Shown here: positions 24,484 to 38,800 of the stretch, piece by piece
Layout: every line of letters starts with the position of its first letter
Position numbering within the stretch: position 1 is the first letter of the stretch
Assembly: GCA_002633005.1 (NCBI GenBank)
Contig: NMRA01000877.1
Span: 47,421-111,420 of the forward strand
Source: Phoronis australis
Lineage: Eukaryota; Animalia; Phoronida
Direction: 5' to 3'
DNA: 64,000 nt
Translations under genes and position numbers: made by a program
Notes under the pieces: model-generated
The model's input: the letters and a program-made list of their open reading frames with translations, nothing else
What the model was told of the DNA's origin: nothing
Databases searched by the model: none

Positions 24484-24957
24484 TACAAATCACACCATAC
24501 TGCAAAGTAGGCTATAACGTTGTAATTACACCAAAAATGGGCACACCATGTACGTATCTATAGCATTTGGGGGACAGCCGTAGTGACAAATACATTGTTC
24601 AAAAATCTGGATATCTGGAATACCTTTTACCCAATTAAGACAAAGTTATGGCAGATAGAGGTTTCACTATTGATGAACTCCTGCTTCCAAGACACGTTAA
24701 GTTAAACCCACCAGCTTTCACTAAGGGCAAATCGCACCTTATAGTCAAAAAGATCTGACAAAAACACGGCGCATTTCCACAGTAAGTATCCATTTGGAGC
24801 GAGCAATATGAAGACTTGAAATTTTAAAAAAATTGAATACCAGTATTCCAGTGTAAAGCACAGAATCAGTGGATAACTATACTTGATTTGCTGTGCTTGG
24901 CTTGTGAACCTATGTGCTGATCTAATCAGAGATCAAAGTTTGGAAGACATGGACTAA
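24484..24957 (+). pseudogene. PIF/Harbinger-ISL2EU type DDE transposase (DDE_Tnp_4) C-terminal relic
   Basis: YKSHHTAK...[33 protein letters not shown]...PPAFTKGKSHL..DLTKTRRISTVSIHLERAI*RL: the MADRGF and (R)IH(V)ERAI catalytic motifs, with stops and frameshifts. Confidence 0.88.
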
Positions 24958-25585
24958 CTTCCAGTTTTTATGTTGCCCATTCCAAGTGGTAACATGTACT
25001 GTTTCAAGAAATTTCTGACACTAAAATGTACTTAACCGTGCAACAGTTTGCTCCACAAAGCTTTCACTGTTTAGCACGTCTACGTCATAATAAAGTCATT
25101 GTCATCGCGAACTTTAAAATTAGCGCGTACTGGCAAACTGCATACAACCTGTTGGCACCTGTGAAACAGGCGGTTAAAACATGACACTTCGAAACAATGG
25201 CCAACGCACCTTTAAAATTTGAAGCTATTGTCGACATGTTTCACACGTACGTCTTGCTTATACATGTAGTTATACCGCTACACTCTATATGTACTTTGAA
25301 CTGACAAATCCTTATATGAATATACATGTATAGCACATGAAATCAGATATGCCAATTCCAATTTTTGGTTGAAACAAAAGAACGAATGGAATCCATCTCA
25401 CACCTATCTGGCTTACACGCGCCACACTTTGTTTGTACTTTGAACTTAACAGTACCCTGGTATTGTACAATGTCTCCTGTTTATCCAGATACTAACAAAC
25501 CCAGCATTTATTTTAAACCATACAGTAGAATTGCTAGGTATAAAAATGGTCGTCAATTTCAAGGTGCACCGCCACTTCCCCATTA

Positions 25586-25716
25586 CGGTGCTGTAGTGGG
25601 GCGTAGGCACACGTAGGCGCAGCCAACCACAATTGGGCAGTTATGTTCAGTGCTCAAGGTGATACGGTGGGCTTTGGGCGCCTATACATACCTCTATTTT
25701 TACAATTACAGCACTG
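25586..25716. mobile_element. CAGTGCTGTAGT-type MITE (hAT-like)
   Basis: TIRs cggtgctgtagt / attacagcactg; inverted homolog of 31260-31423. Confidence 0.65.
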
Positions 25717-26727
25717 TTCCCTAACCAAATATAGGGCCGTGCCCTACGGGATAATGGCTGATGAAGTCTAATGAGTTAGCCGTGTCTGCTACAATGTACT
25801 ATTGTATGCTGAGTTAAGCGATCAGAGATTATTACTCCGTAGCACCCCCTGTCGGAGGTAATACAGAAATAAAACATCAAATAATTGTTTGGCCTTTCGC
25901 TGTGGCAGTGTTGTGGGTCATGATACATCGCAGAAGTGCTAAACAGGCACATCGATAAAGTTATTAAAACTATCGATAGAGTTAATACGTCTATCGACGT
26001 CGATAGCAATGGAGAAAAAAGTTGACAAGAGAGCGCCACTATGAAAATCCAGACAGTATCTCAGTGCCCATCGTGAAAGTTCATTACGTAACAGCGCTAC
26101 TATGCGCCAGTCAACCCATTGTAACATAAATACTTCCCTTACTGTTACAACACAAGGTCTTCCCACCGGTTTGGTCACAAAAGCATCGACATCAAGTTGA
26201 ACTCACGAATAAATAAAATGTCTGAATAGCTCAGCTCAGTGGACATCATTTGATGAGTGAAGTGTTGCGTCGTCTACACTGAATTGTGAACCCTTCCTAG
26301 GCGAAACGTAAGGGGCGGCGTGGAGTTGGTGGTGAGCGACTAATCGGAACGTGGATTCGGGTGCACGTTGATGACTGTTCTACCTAAATGGGAATTGTGT
26401 TTTGCAACAGTATACGATCTGTATTGGAAATTTGTCCAAACGAATAATAATATTGGTGGTCCTGGAACCAAGTGGGTGGATTATTTGACGTTACTCAATG
26501 ATCCCCGCCCACTCGCTTTGTGGACAAATTTGAGGGAGAGTTACGTAACACCACAGAAAACTCGATGGTTTAAACTGTCACCATAGAACATCAGGTCCAA
26601 CAGCACCGAAACACGGGCCTGTCTGGAACACAAATTACTATAACAAAAACAAATCATTCAAAGACTGCGAAAACTAAAGCAGGTGGCTTGCTTTTCAACT
26701 CGCCATACCGCCAGGACTCGTTGCAAG

Positions 26728-26874
26728 ATGACACTAAAATGGAGAAAATTTGCGACCTGTTTAAGAGGGTACACCAGACGGTCTACAGAAGAGGCTTCGC
26801 CAAAGTTGCCATCGAAAATTCGAAATTACTTTGTTTGCAAAACTTTGGTGATGGCGCTTGCTTACTTCTTTATG
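26728..26874 (+). CDS. MFS transporter coding exon 1
   Basis: caagATGa start with an in-frame upstream stop at 26641; encodes MTLKWRKF...VCKTLVMALAYFFM (first half of TM1); perfect donor gtgagt at 26875, phase 0 matches the next exon. Confidence 0.75.
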
Positions 26875-29800
26875 GTGAGTCTTTTTATTAATTCGATTCC
26901 TGAAAGTTGTAAAATTTATGACTACGTTCTTGAAAGGCAAGTGCTATCTAATATAAATTTAAACTATGCAAATTGTAGTTTTGATGTCCAAGGTATTTTT
27001 TTATGCTTTCCGCATGTCAAAATTTACTTTCAGAACTGATTACAAATAATCATCAAATCTCTGAATTGTATTACGTGACTGATACAAGTCAGGGATCCGT
27101 TCGAAGAAACTGGCGGAAGTTCATTTTTGACTAAAGTCTAAGATTTGTTGTTTTAACGTCCAAACTTTAAAACTTGCTTATCGTGTACATTTTTTGGAAA
27201 AACGTATATGGAAAAACTTAAGACAAACTTAAGATCTCTTTCTTGAAAGGGTCTTGACACCTACATGAAAGTTACATTAAAATTTATTAAAAATTTAGAT
27301 ATCTCTTAGCTAAATCAGTTTTCGTGGAACGGACGCCATAGCAACAGCCCGGAAGTACTCACAAATTTATTTGAAATCGTTTCGAATGTTTGGACAGGCC
27401 TAATTGTTTCGAATGTCTGAACAATAGTCGAGGAAGGATCTTCTGTTGGTCATCAAATGACTTAGCAAACGAACAGAGCCCCATCAACTACCTCTGATCT
27501 TTTTTCCTTCTACCGTGTGACACTGACACTTAAAAAGCGCTCGTGATTACACTGTTGTATTCTTATTGAAATGACAAAGGCAAGAAATTCAATTTCGATG
27601 TTAAACAGTGTCATGCCATCTCGGAATGCACTGAGTTGCCTCAAACCATTTACTCGATGGAGTGCACACACAATACTTGTAGGTGTTAGTGCAATTATCT
27701 AACAGACTACCTGGTCGTCTTTAGAGTTGGTACCAATAACCTACTGTAGCGGGTGCAATATATAATAGGTGTTAGTTTCAAGGTTCAATGATTCAACTCA
27801 ACTTCAGTTCTTAAAATTGAGATAATGGTCAATATTTATTGCCGATTTTTCAATTTCACTTGATGCGTGTTATTTATACAACGTTTCCGTATTTCGAGTT
27901 TTGATATTTCTAGACTAAAAACCATGGAATATTGAATCAATATTGGAAATCACGCTTCCAGTCTGAAATTAGTGCCTGTACACTATGGTTCATGCCACAA
28001 AACAATATTTCAACCAAAGGCAATTATGTAATTAGGCAGCAAATTGATTGAACGGTGATACACCATTCGCGACCAAGACTGGTGGTACTGTATTATTCCG
28101 TCACCAGAATTTCTATTTCGAGGTCGGCGTTAACGTGGGTGTACCACATATTGCCTCGATGATATGTAATTCCCCATACCCAACACCATCAACAGGTGTT
28201 CATTTAGTGTTTGGCAAAGAATCTCATCAATGTCGGGATCTCAACTTCAATGAAACAGACTATTGATTGAATGCTTCATGACTCCTCCTAGACGGTTTTA
28301 ATTTAACTTGAACATTGCGCCCTCGTATGAGCAAAATCCTGAATTAAATCACATTTCATAAGTGGAACTGGAAATCTGCACACGGAGCTGATATTGTAAC
28401 GTAGTTGCACAAGACCACTGACTTGGTGCAACAATCTACGAAACATCATAGAATGGTTTATAAAATAGAAAGTTGTAATGCAAAAACCTTGCAACCTCCT
28501 TGCCGAGAACAGTCAATATCTACCGGTAGCCCGAGAAAAGGACATTTAAGTTCTCACTTTTTGCTTTGAACACAGATTTTTAGCTGTGCTCCGCCAATTA
28601 TTGTCTGAGCTGATTTAATTGTTCCCAGCAGTAATATTTGAGCTGATTTATGTCGTTACTACAAGTACGTAAATCTGCTTAAATGACCAAATTGCATATC
28701 TGTCTAGTGTCACTTGTCGCTCTAGTCCCGGCGGCTGGCGACTGGTCTTTCACTTAAGCAGAATATTGCAAAAACGGGTGATGAGGCTAAATCTCTCGAG
28801 ATCATATCGGTTCGTATCTGTGCCAAATAAACCGCGGAAAACTGTTCGTTATTGTTGTAATTTGACTGAGTTTCGTACCAGTTAGGATTGTATTCTTAAA
28901 AATGGTAAATGTAATTCTTGTAGCTGAGAAAAAGCGTATTTGTCGACTCGTTTATGTATCAAAATACAGACTTATCACCCATGTCCAGGGCCGTAGGAAG
29001 CGGGGAGCCNAGAAAAGAAAGACTGCTAAATGCGGATAAGAGAGAAAAATCAAGTGAAACATTTATCAACTCTGTATCAGTGCATGCTTTACCTTTGGGG
29101 ACCCTGTTGTTGGGTCTCCGCTTTCACAGCACAGGTCGTCTAAACGAACTTTAAAACGTGCGCGTAAGGATTCGTGCATTATATTTCGAAAAATCGAAAA
29201 AACTTGTAAAGCGAAGCTTTTGCGGAGCGTATTAATTTACTTGTTTTTTAAATTCCATGAGTCAAACTTTTGCGACTGCGAAACCATATTTTTCCAGAGG
29301 CCCCTCTCTGGCAAGGGATAGCGGAAACAACTGTCGCTTTTTTCTCGGATTGTGTATCACTTGATGCCCTGACAGATATCATCAATTGCTGCACATTTCT
29401 TGAGTTTTTAAAATATTAATCAGTTGATATTGAGGGGCCCCACCCTTCAAGGAGGCCATTGATGACATTCAAGTGGCCTCTCTTTTTATGTTTTATTGAC
29501 AAATTCTTAAGGGTTCGTTCAGTGATAGAGGGCCCAATGTTGGACTTGATTACGTCTAGTTTCCTGTTTTTGTGAAACCGTTCAACTGACTTTCATGTAG
29601 AAGACGGTCACTTCCTGCACCGTCTTGTGAGCACACGACAGTGGAATGAACTGTCACTCTTTTCCAAGCTTAATGATGTTTAGTCTTTCATAAATTAGTT
29701 GTCCAATTTCAGACGGTACCCTCTCTCGGTGGAGCAGTTTGGAGAACGGTCCCCTTTTCCCTCTATACATGAAATCCGACCTCATGGGTGGCGCGGGCAT

Positions 29801-32800
29801 TGAAAAAAGTGGGGGGCTAAAGCCCCCCAGTCCCTTGTGATGCACCACCCATAGACCATGGTCGGCCCAGCACTAAAAAAGTGGTGGGCTATAGCCCCCA
29901 CCCGCCTTTGGTGCGCCGCCCATGGACACTGCCAAGTATTCTCGAGCGAAGTTGACATTCTAAATTCATAAGAAACGCAAACATTCGTGCATGGCGCAGC
30001 AGTATCAAGACATTCGAGCCAAACAACCAAAAAATGTGAAAAAACACAATAGGATTGACCGCCATTGAAAGGGTGGAGTTTTGAAGAACGTGAATACCCT
30101 ATTTGTTATATACACAAAAGGACTATTTCCGATGATATTTATAGAATGATTAGAAAACGGACAGTGGCCGCACAAATAAAAGAAGTTTATATGAACTCGG
30201 CGTTTCGTCTTTTCATCAGGAAATGTACAGTTGGACAACACGTGTCGATTACCATTGAAGTCACATCCATGTGGTGAAATGAGAGTGATTGCTTGCCCGT
30301 TATCTAATCGTACTATGGCCAAAGATGATGTAATTATAGAATAATGTTACTGTTTCCCATAGTATCATAAAAATAATATCTCTTTTGAAAATTGTTACTA
30401 TGAGTTGTTTGTAAGGAATTTACACACGTGGAAAACACTGCTGTCGAGGCTACTATAGGGGTGAACGAGAGTATTGAAGTACTCTCAATAATAAGCAAAT
30501 ATTTCAACGTTTTTGAGGGGACAAGTTAAACTCGTCAACCGTTATGGTACCTCGGAAATGAGCAAAATTAACCGCACTGCGAATGGCCTATCTCCCATTT
30601 TCCACCAACTACCCGCCAAATATCTGCAAACATGGTTGCAGAAATTGCTTATAACTTTCCGTTTTGATTAACAAATTCGTTGATTTCTGATTTACATGTT
30701 TATGTAGCTCCAAAAACCGACAGGTTAATAGATGATTTTTGGCAATTAGAAGCTTATCTTTTCTTTAAGAAATGATGACGATTCATGGAATTACGTTGAA
30801 GCCTGGACTATGGAAAACACTCTATAATCAGATCCCCAAATAGTAAAGTGCATTTGGACCCTTTTTGCCTATCTAAAATAACTCTCAAAGACATTGATGA
30901 AATTTGGGCACTTCCCAAAAGTTTACTCACAATTCAAATGACAATAAATACATTACTTTTTGACTTAGGTACAAGTTTTGTTGTTTAAACTCGCTAACAG
31001 AGGATCAAAAGAGAATTAAGTCATTAAATCAAGGTAAATGCTGTGCTCATGAATTTGATTGTTGGTTTCTGATTTACATCCATGAAAGTGGACTGATTGG
31101 CGGATATTTTTTGACAATTTCGGACAGCTCTACAAATTGTCCCAAAATGCTCTCACAATTCAAATGACTTATGAGCTAGATTACTGGGTTTAAGTTTACA
31201 AACCGTAGATCGAAAAAGACGCTTAAGTACTTAAATAAATAAAATCTAACTCATTGGTCCAGTGCTGTAGTGGTAAAATTAGCGGTAAGTAGGCGTCCAA
31301 AGCCCACCTTATCATTTTGAGCACTGAACGTACATTTGTAACTTACGATGCGTAGCCGCTACGTACAAATGCCAAAAGGTGGTTGGCTGCGCCTGCGTGC
31401 GCCTACGCCCCACCAGAGCACTGCATAGGCCATCAACTTGGAAAGGTTCTCTTTGCAGTTCTATGATGTTTTTAGTTTCCAGTAGTATTGAACATTGAAT
31501 TTCTGTTCTTCAAAACTGAATAGTTTGCATTAACCACAAACACGGCATGGGCGCACCCAGCCTAACATTTTTGAGGCTGTGGACCTTTTACTAAAGGAAA
31601 GAAAAAAAAACGGAATACGGGGTACGTTCAGGGCTATGAATTACGCATACCCCAAANGGGTATGCCCATGCACGGATCATGCAATGACTGGCACACCCAC
31701 GTTAAAAATAAGGTGTGACCATGCAGTAAGCCTGCGTAGAATATCAGTTACCGACGGGAGCTCAATTTGAACTCCAGACGTTGAAGTGAGTACAATTTGG
31801 GACACACTCTGTATCATTTCCCCCAGTAACCAGAATGTGGACTCTCTACCAGCTGTGCTTCATCTAGGGATTCTGAGACATCCACAAATGCACTCATACC
31901 AGACACCTCGGGACCTCACCTTTTCAAAAAATACTTTAAAGACTGGCTATAAGAAAAAGAAGTTTTCTCTAAACTGGATCATAAAACAAACATTGACCCT
32001 CTGGGTCGGACCCAGAGCAGAGGAACAGGCATGAATAATACAACTTTAGTTACTTCTGTTCAAGCAGCTTCCAGCTACCCGTCAGTACGCTGGCCCTAGA
32101 CCCATTCTTACTCTCCGTGAAACTTTGTTGGTTCACGGTTACTCAAATCCTGATGGCTGCATACCCGGTATTACCTGTGTTGTCCTGTTGTTCGTCCGCG
32201 TGATAGCCATTCCTGTTTTACCCCCATAAAATGTGACCAAGCAACACGCATATTCGCCCGGTCACTGATGTGCTCCATCTGGCTAAAACATTAACAGTCC
32301 GTAACTAGTGAACCTGTATTGTAGTTAGAACAAAATATTGAAAGCCTCATCCTCGAAACCATGCAGGGACCACTATATCCGACCAGTTTCCAGAATAGTT
32401 AAGTGTGAAAAGAAAATTGAACTCTGAAGTCGACGATCGAGTCAATAAGACTCACACCAAGACTCAAGTTGTCCCGGTCTAAGCGGTCCCAATGTGCCGT
32501 GGCTCATAAGGGGTCGAAAATCACCACTTTACCCTCAGAACCTTCATCAACTCGCTTTTTGTGCTGGTTCAACCCGCGTACATGCGCCCATGGCTGGTTC
32601 GGGGATTCGGGTTGATTTGAATCGGCCTTTACAACAAGTGTTTCGTAACATTCGGAAACTTGATACTGCCTAAACCACCGTGTTTACAAAAGAGCCATCT
32701 ATCACGCTAAATGACAGAAGTGAACTTGGCTATTACTGTAAACCCCACATTAGTAAGATAATACCATGGGAGACGCACCATAGGGGACTGGTGGACTACA

Positions 32801-35800
32801 GGTTGTATAGCCCAGTCCACGTTTTACAGTGATACGGGGCTCATGGTCTATAGGCGGTGGACTACAAGGGGACCAGGGGAAGTTAAGCCCCACTTTTTCA
32901 GTGCTGCGCCGCCCATACACGCGAGTGTCGGCCTACGTAGTAAACGCCAACCCTAGATAAAGCCGCGTTGCTAGTTCAGCTAAACGACATATAAACTCCA
33001 CCCACAGTTAATCACGTGATTCTGGGCATTCGGGAAGACTAGACGAGGTCGCTAAAACTGAAGTAATTTCTACACAGCACAATAACCAAATTCATCATAT
33101 GCTGAAATTATAAAAGTTTTGAAATGATACCGAATGCGCACTTCTCGACCGCCGCCGTGTGCCATTTTCGTGTGTTGCGATTTTGGAGTTAATTTCAATT
33201 TTGAATATCGACTTTTCGATGAGTGTACCTGTTGCTATGAAATTTTGAGGACTTGATACGATAAGAAGGATGGAACACTGTGTGGTATAACGTTATGTTC
33301 TGCGGCCGACAGATGACGCGCACGCGATAGTAAATAAACAACATACGAATACTTGAACGAATAGCTTGTGTTTATGAATTTGCGGCGTTGTGATTAACAA
33401 ACAATAGATTACATTAAAGGAGAATGCCGCNNNNNNNNNNNNNNNNNNNNNNNNNNNNNNNNNNNNNNNNNNNNNNNNNNNNNNNNNNNNNNNNNNNNNN
33501 NNNNNNNNNNNNNNNNNNNNNNNNNNNNNNNNNNNNNNNNNNNNNNNNNNNNNNNNNNNNNNNNNNNNNNNNNNNNNNNNNNNNNNNNNNNNNNNNNNNN
33601 NNNNNNNNNNNNNNNNNNNNNNNNNNNNNNNNNNNNNNNNNNNNNNNNNNNNNNNNNNNNNNNNNNNNNNNNNNNNNNNNNNNNNNNNNNNNNNNNNNNN
33701 NNNNNNNNNNNNNNNNNNNNNNNNNNNNNNNNNNNNNNNNNNNNNNNNNNNNNNNNNNNNNNNNNNNNNNNNNNNNNNNNNNNNNNNNNNNNNNNNNNNN
33801 NNNNNNNNNNNNNNNNNNNNNNNNNNNNNNNNNNNNNNNNNNNNNNNNNNNNNNNNNNNNNNNNNNNNNNNNNNNNNNNNNNNNNNNNNNNNNNNNNNNN
33901 NNNNNNNNNNNNNNNNNNNNNNNNNNNNNNNNNNNNNNNNNNNNNNNNNNNNNNNNNNNNNNNNNNNNNNNNNNNNNNNNNNNNNNNNNNNNNNNNNNNN
34001 NNNNNNNNNNNNNNNNNNNNNNNNNNNNNNNNNNNNNNNNNNNNNNNNNNNNNNNNNNNNNNNNNNNNNNNNNNNNNNNNNNNNNNNNNNNNNNNNNNNN
34101 NNNNNNNNNNNNNNNNNNNNNNNNNNNNNNNNNNNNNNNNNNNNNNNNNNNNNNNNNNNNNNNNNNNNNNNNNNNNNNNCCCCCACTTTGAGAACCAGTG
34201 TTTTCTACTGTATAACAGGAACCTGTTTTTCACTGAATAGCAGGCGTTAAAACTTGTTCTCAAAATTTGGATTGCCAGTGAGTGACTATTGCCTGGATAA
34301 CAATCCAACCCAAGTAATGCACAAGAAACCGTCAATTTGGGTTTAGTGACCCAACTTAAAATCTTTGAAGTACCCTGAGCTCCCAATTTTGAAATGTGAG
34401 ATGTTTTTGCAACTAGTAGTCATTTTAACGAACCAGGTTTTAAAGTTCGCTTGCCTACACTGTCTAACTCGAGGATGCTTCGATTACAGTGAACCTTAGT
34501 AGTTTCAGAATGTTTAAGAATGGTTCTGACGGATCTTGTTGTGCAATTAGACTGAAATTAATAGATGATTGTTGCAAACTCTACAACACTTGACATCTTG
34601 TGAACGTGGAAAGAAAAAATGAAACATTCGACGAGTCGGGGTCCAGGAGAGAGGAGATTTGCATAGATTTCATATGACCAAATGTGACACTCTGACCAGT
34701 GACTCGGGCATTGCAAAAGTCACCATGAAAGGGTGAATTTCCAAATAAATTCCACACAAAAATATTTACTTTTTGGTTGGAACTGTATAAAATAATCCAT
34801 TTTAGCCCCAAAACCACTGAAGGTTTCAGATGCAACTGAGGTTTGTTGTTTTAAAAAGAATATAACCCAGAGAGCTTTTTGCTGAAACTCAATTCCCTGT
34901 AAATAATAACTTTACATAATTATGTTATCAGAAAAGTTGACTCTTCCATTGAGGCTCTCACCAAAATGGGTCAGTTTTAATCACTGTGCCAACTCAAAAA
35001 AGGGTGAGGTTTTATCTTGCTGACTATACAAAAGAGTGTGTATAATCATAAATTCACAGCAACAAACACCCTCCGAAATAACTGAATACTCCGTACAACT
35101 GTAGGATGGCAGTCAGAGGCACTGCTGAATGGCACTGCCAAAAGCGATGTCACTGTTGCTAGACTGGTTAATGTTTGTATGTTTAGAACCATTGACTTTA
35201 TTTTTAGGCTCCTAACTTCTGTGGGTAGTGACAAGTGTGCCAGTGTATTATACATTACAATGACAATGTCAATGAATAGCAGTATTTCAGTAGCCATATA
35301 TCCTTATCTGACCCAATTCAACCTTCACGGTAATCACGGGAGCATACATGACAAACATGAACATGTTAACATACGAGAGGGTGTGCTCTGAAAAGATCGA
35401 GACAATCTCCCATGGCCGCGACGCACTCAGCTACTCCTTTCCCACTATTCGGTGCTACATGTATATTAGTATGCTACTGTTGTGTTGAGAGTTGTTGTGG
35501 GTGGCCTTAATTTCTTCGTAAAAAGTCACATCACTTCAGAATCCAGCATAGTATACAAGACAATTATCATAAAATGTTTCGTATACGTTACTGGTGATGT
35601 ATTCCTTGACTCGTTAGCTTTGAAATGCGGGAGTTTGACGAAAACAGAGAGATTTAAACGGCTGTATATCTATCGACATTCTTTTACTGGAAGTCGCCAT
35701 GTTGGTGAACTAGTTTGACCTATTATACAACTGACCAATAGAATGCCTTGTTTCTTGAAATCGGAACAGCCAATGATATTCCAAGAATGCGGATGGAAAA

Positions 35801-38800
35801 GTGCCCTGTAGCAGACCCCAACCATCTTCGAGGGTCTGTGCAGGAGACTACAGGTTCGGTTGCGTTAACTGACACCTGACGGCAGACGGAGGTGTTGAAA
35901 TTATCCAATGACGTACTTGATTTCACACGCAGTCTGTTCAGCAGTTCACAGCACGGGTTAGTGGTGTCGGCTTATCGCTTAAATTCATCGTTTAACACCA
36001 ATAAACCATCAAACTTCGATGTAAAACCCTTAAACATACACCAAGTTCCTATAAAAACGTGTACTATATTTCCCTGTTACGGATTTATTGGTATTTAGAC
36101 ACACCGTAGCCTACAAAGTTCGGCAGGCCAATTTACCAAAGGGCGTAGCAGGAGTTTGGGGTCTGCTCGGAGATAAATTCGAAGTATTCTTGCGTGAAAT
36201 ACAGACAGGAGAATCTAGGTCTGTGTTGTTTATACTTGTGATTTTTTGAGTTCTAAACACATATAACGCTTGTTATCCCGGCCAATGGCTCGGAACCCGA
36301 TCACTAGGCCCGTCGCGGCCGGGCTGACTCGTTATCCCGGGCAGTGGCTTGAAACCCGATAAGGCCCGTCGCGGCCGCCGGGGCTGGCACGAACACAAAC
36401 CAGCTTGAGTTGGAAACTAAACCTCCAGTCACGAAAAAATATAATAGTGACCCAAAGAAATAATGTGCTCATATAATTATTAATGTGAATTGGCCAGGAA
36501 AGTGAAAATCTACTTACTTGTCGGGGGCCGCGAATTCGGGTTCTCCTTCCACAGAACGACAGGGCAATGGTTGTACAGTAACAATGATTTGAATAGTGTA
36601 TTTATATTCCTGAATAAAGATTCCCCTAACATGTGACAACAGCATATCAAATCAAGAACTTGTTTCACAACAGCTTGATGTCAGCAAACACTGAATTAGC
36701 ATGCGCTCACACGGTCTCGGTCGCCTTTGTTGCCGGCATCAAAAGCCCGTAAGGCAGTGGTTCATTCATTGCTGGCTTCTCAAAACATTTGCACTCACGA
36801 GCACTCCAAGGCATTACAAATTGTATCTAATAAGACAGACTTTGTTTCAGTTTCATAAAAGAATTGGTTAGGATAATTTTAGTGTGAGAATAATTCATTT
36901 TGAAACGACGCAGAATAATAAACGTCTGCATGGCAACTCCCCGGCGCCAATCCTGACTTAGTCAAAAGCTCATCCGACGAAGACTTCACGGGTCGGATCG
37001 GAAGCTTTCACAGGCTATCAGTTCGAACCGGAATACATTGATCAAAAAATATTAGGGAGGCGCCGTAAATATGCATAGGCAATGGAACGTATGGATAATT
37101 CTTTGGTAAGCCGGTATTCGTCAGAGAAATCACTGTCGACGAAATGCCGGTCACAGACACTGAGAAGTTTCACGACCTCATACTTGCTATTAATAGCATA
37201 CCTTTCATTCTTCACTACCGCAAGCCATTTCTAAGCATTTCGGGCTCTTGAGGAAGTCGAAAAACGATATACCCGCTTTATTCGCATCTTCACAGTTCGG
37301 ACAAGCGGGAACCGATACACCGCAATATAGCGGCGGCATTCACTCTGCAGACGAACCACTGACGTCGCTGCGTCGCTTCTCATTTTCCTCAAAGGTTCAC
37401 GCGACACGCAAAATGGGGAATCTTGAACAAGCACCTTGACCTACATTCCGCTGCTGCCGACCTATATTCCGCTGCTGCCGACCTATATTCCGCTGCTGCC
37501 GACGTCACGCAGAAGGCGCTCGATTTGCCCCACACAGATGGCGCACATTTTGCCACAAGTCAAGAGAGTTCATGAATCAGGAAGTGTATGTCCTTGTGGC
37601 GAATTTACTAAGAGGAAAAGAAGTTTTGTGTCCGAAGAAGTTGAACCAACTCTTGCTGTGGTTCCTCGGCCTAAATGCGGATATATTATGGCAATTAACA
37701 CAATTCACTGAGATACAGCCAACTGTAACTGATTATTTTTTTATCATGATTCAGTAAATATTCAATTTTTTGTATGTAAATAAAACAACAAGAATGGATC
37801 GCCTGAAATTTTCGGATATAATAACATCTTTCGTCAACAGAAACAATAGTATTCTTGAGATGATCTGGATAGCCTTATTTAGTTTCACATTATCTCCTAC
37901 ACGTTAAATATTCAACAAACAGTAAAATTTGCCTTTTGTAGGTGAGCAACCTATTCATTGAATCCTTTTTAAAGAAAATATATTTTACTTGAATTTATTT
38001 TCAATAGTTACATGCAGGGCTTTCTTTTGACACGATCACTTTCGCAGAAGAAAAAAGGTGATTTCTTGAGATACCTTTCTTTGGTCAGTTCAGAAAGGGT
38101 CTTTCTTAAAAAAATATCACAAATTGAAAAACGTTGTCGTACCATTTATACCCTATTTTCACTTGATGATCATTGTGGATGTAAATGTCTTTATAATGCT
38201 TTAAATAAGAATTGTCTGAAGCCTGCTGTTCAGAAATTTAAAAATGTAGGATACATCATTCTTGATCCTCAAGTTGTATGTGAAGGAAGTTCTATAAACT
38301 GTTTAAAAATATTATATAGTTAAAAATTATTGTGCAGTGGGCTTGTCAAAAACATTAAAACTGATTTTTTTGCATTTTTCTTTTCCAATTCGACAAATGA
38401 TTACCATAAGTGTATTTTCATTTGTTGGCCATATTGTTTTGCAATGCCGGGAATTAACAAGTATGAACAGATTAATAACTATAAAATGATACCTACTGAT
38501 GCACAAGTGAAAGTATATACATAAATAAGAACATATCGATGAGTATATTTTTTTATTCTCGTGATGCACCACTGACATCAATTCAACACGAGCACAACTG
38601 AACTTCATTACAAATTTACACTATAAAATTGCACAAACTTACAATTTTTATTATACATGTACACTACAGTACGCAATACCAATACCTCAGAATTGCAACC
38701 TAACATTCTCACATACTATTTTCATGAAATAAGCGCATTGTGAATGAAAACAAATTTGATTTTGCCAACATGCAATACTTGTCTGAGAAATCTGTATAGT

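Noticed and set aside
26683-27039. 118-aa ORF as a standalone gene
   Set aside because: Only 26728-26874 fits the MFS protein; the rest runs past a consensus donor into AT-rich intron.
33293-34386. Long ORFs of 255-325 aa in the ORF track
   Set aside because: Artefacts of translating through the 749-N gap.
35046-35297. LAVPFSSAS resembling a hAT dimerisation motif
   Set aside because: The diagnostic ER.FS that should follow is absent in the frames I read.
37436-37503. (PTYIPLL)3 peptide repeat
   Set aside because: Translation of a 21-bp DNA tandem repeat adjoining a TIR, upstream of the first plausible ATG.
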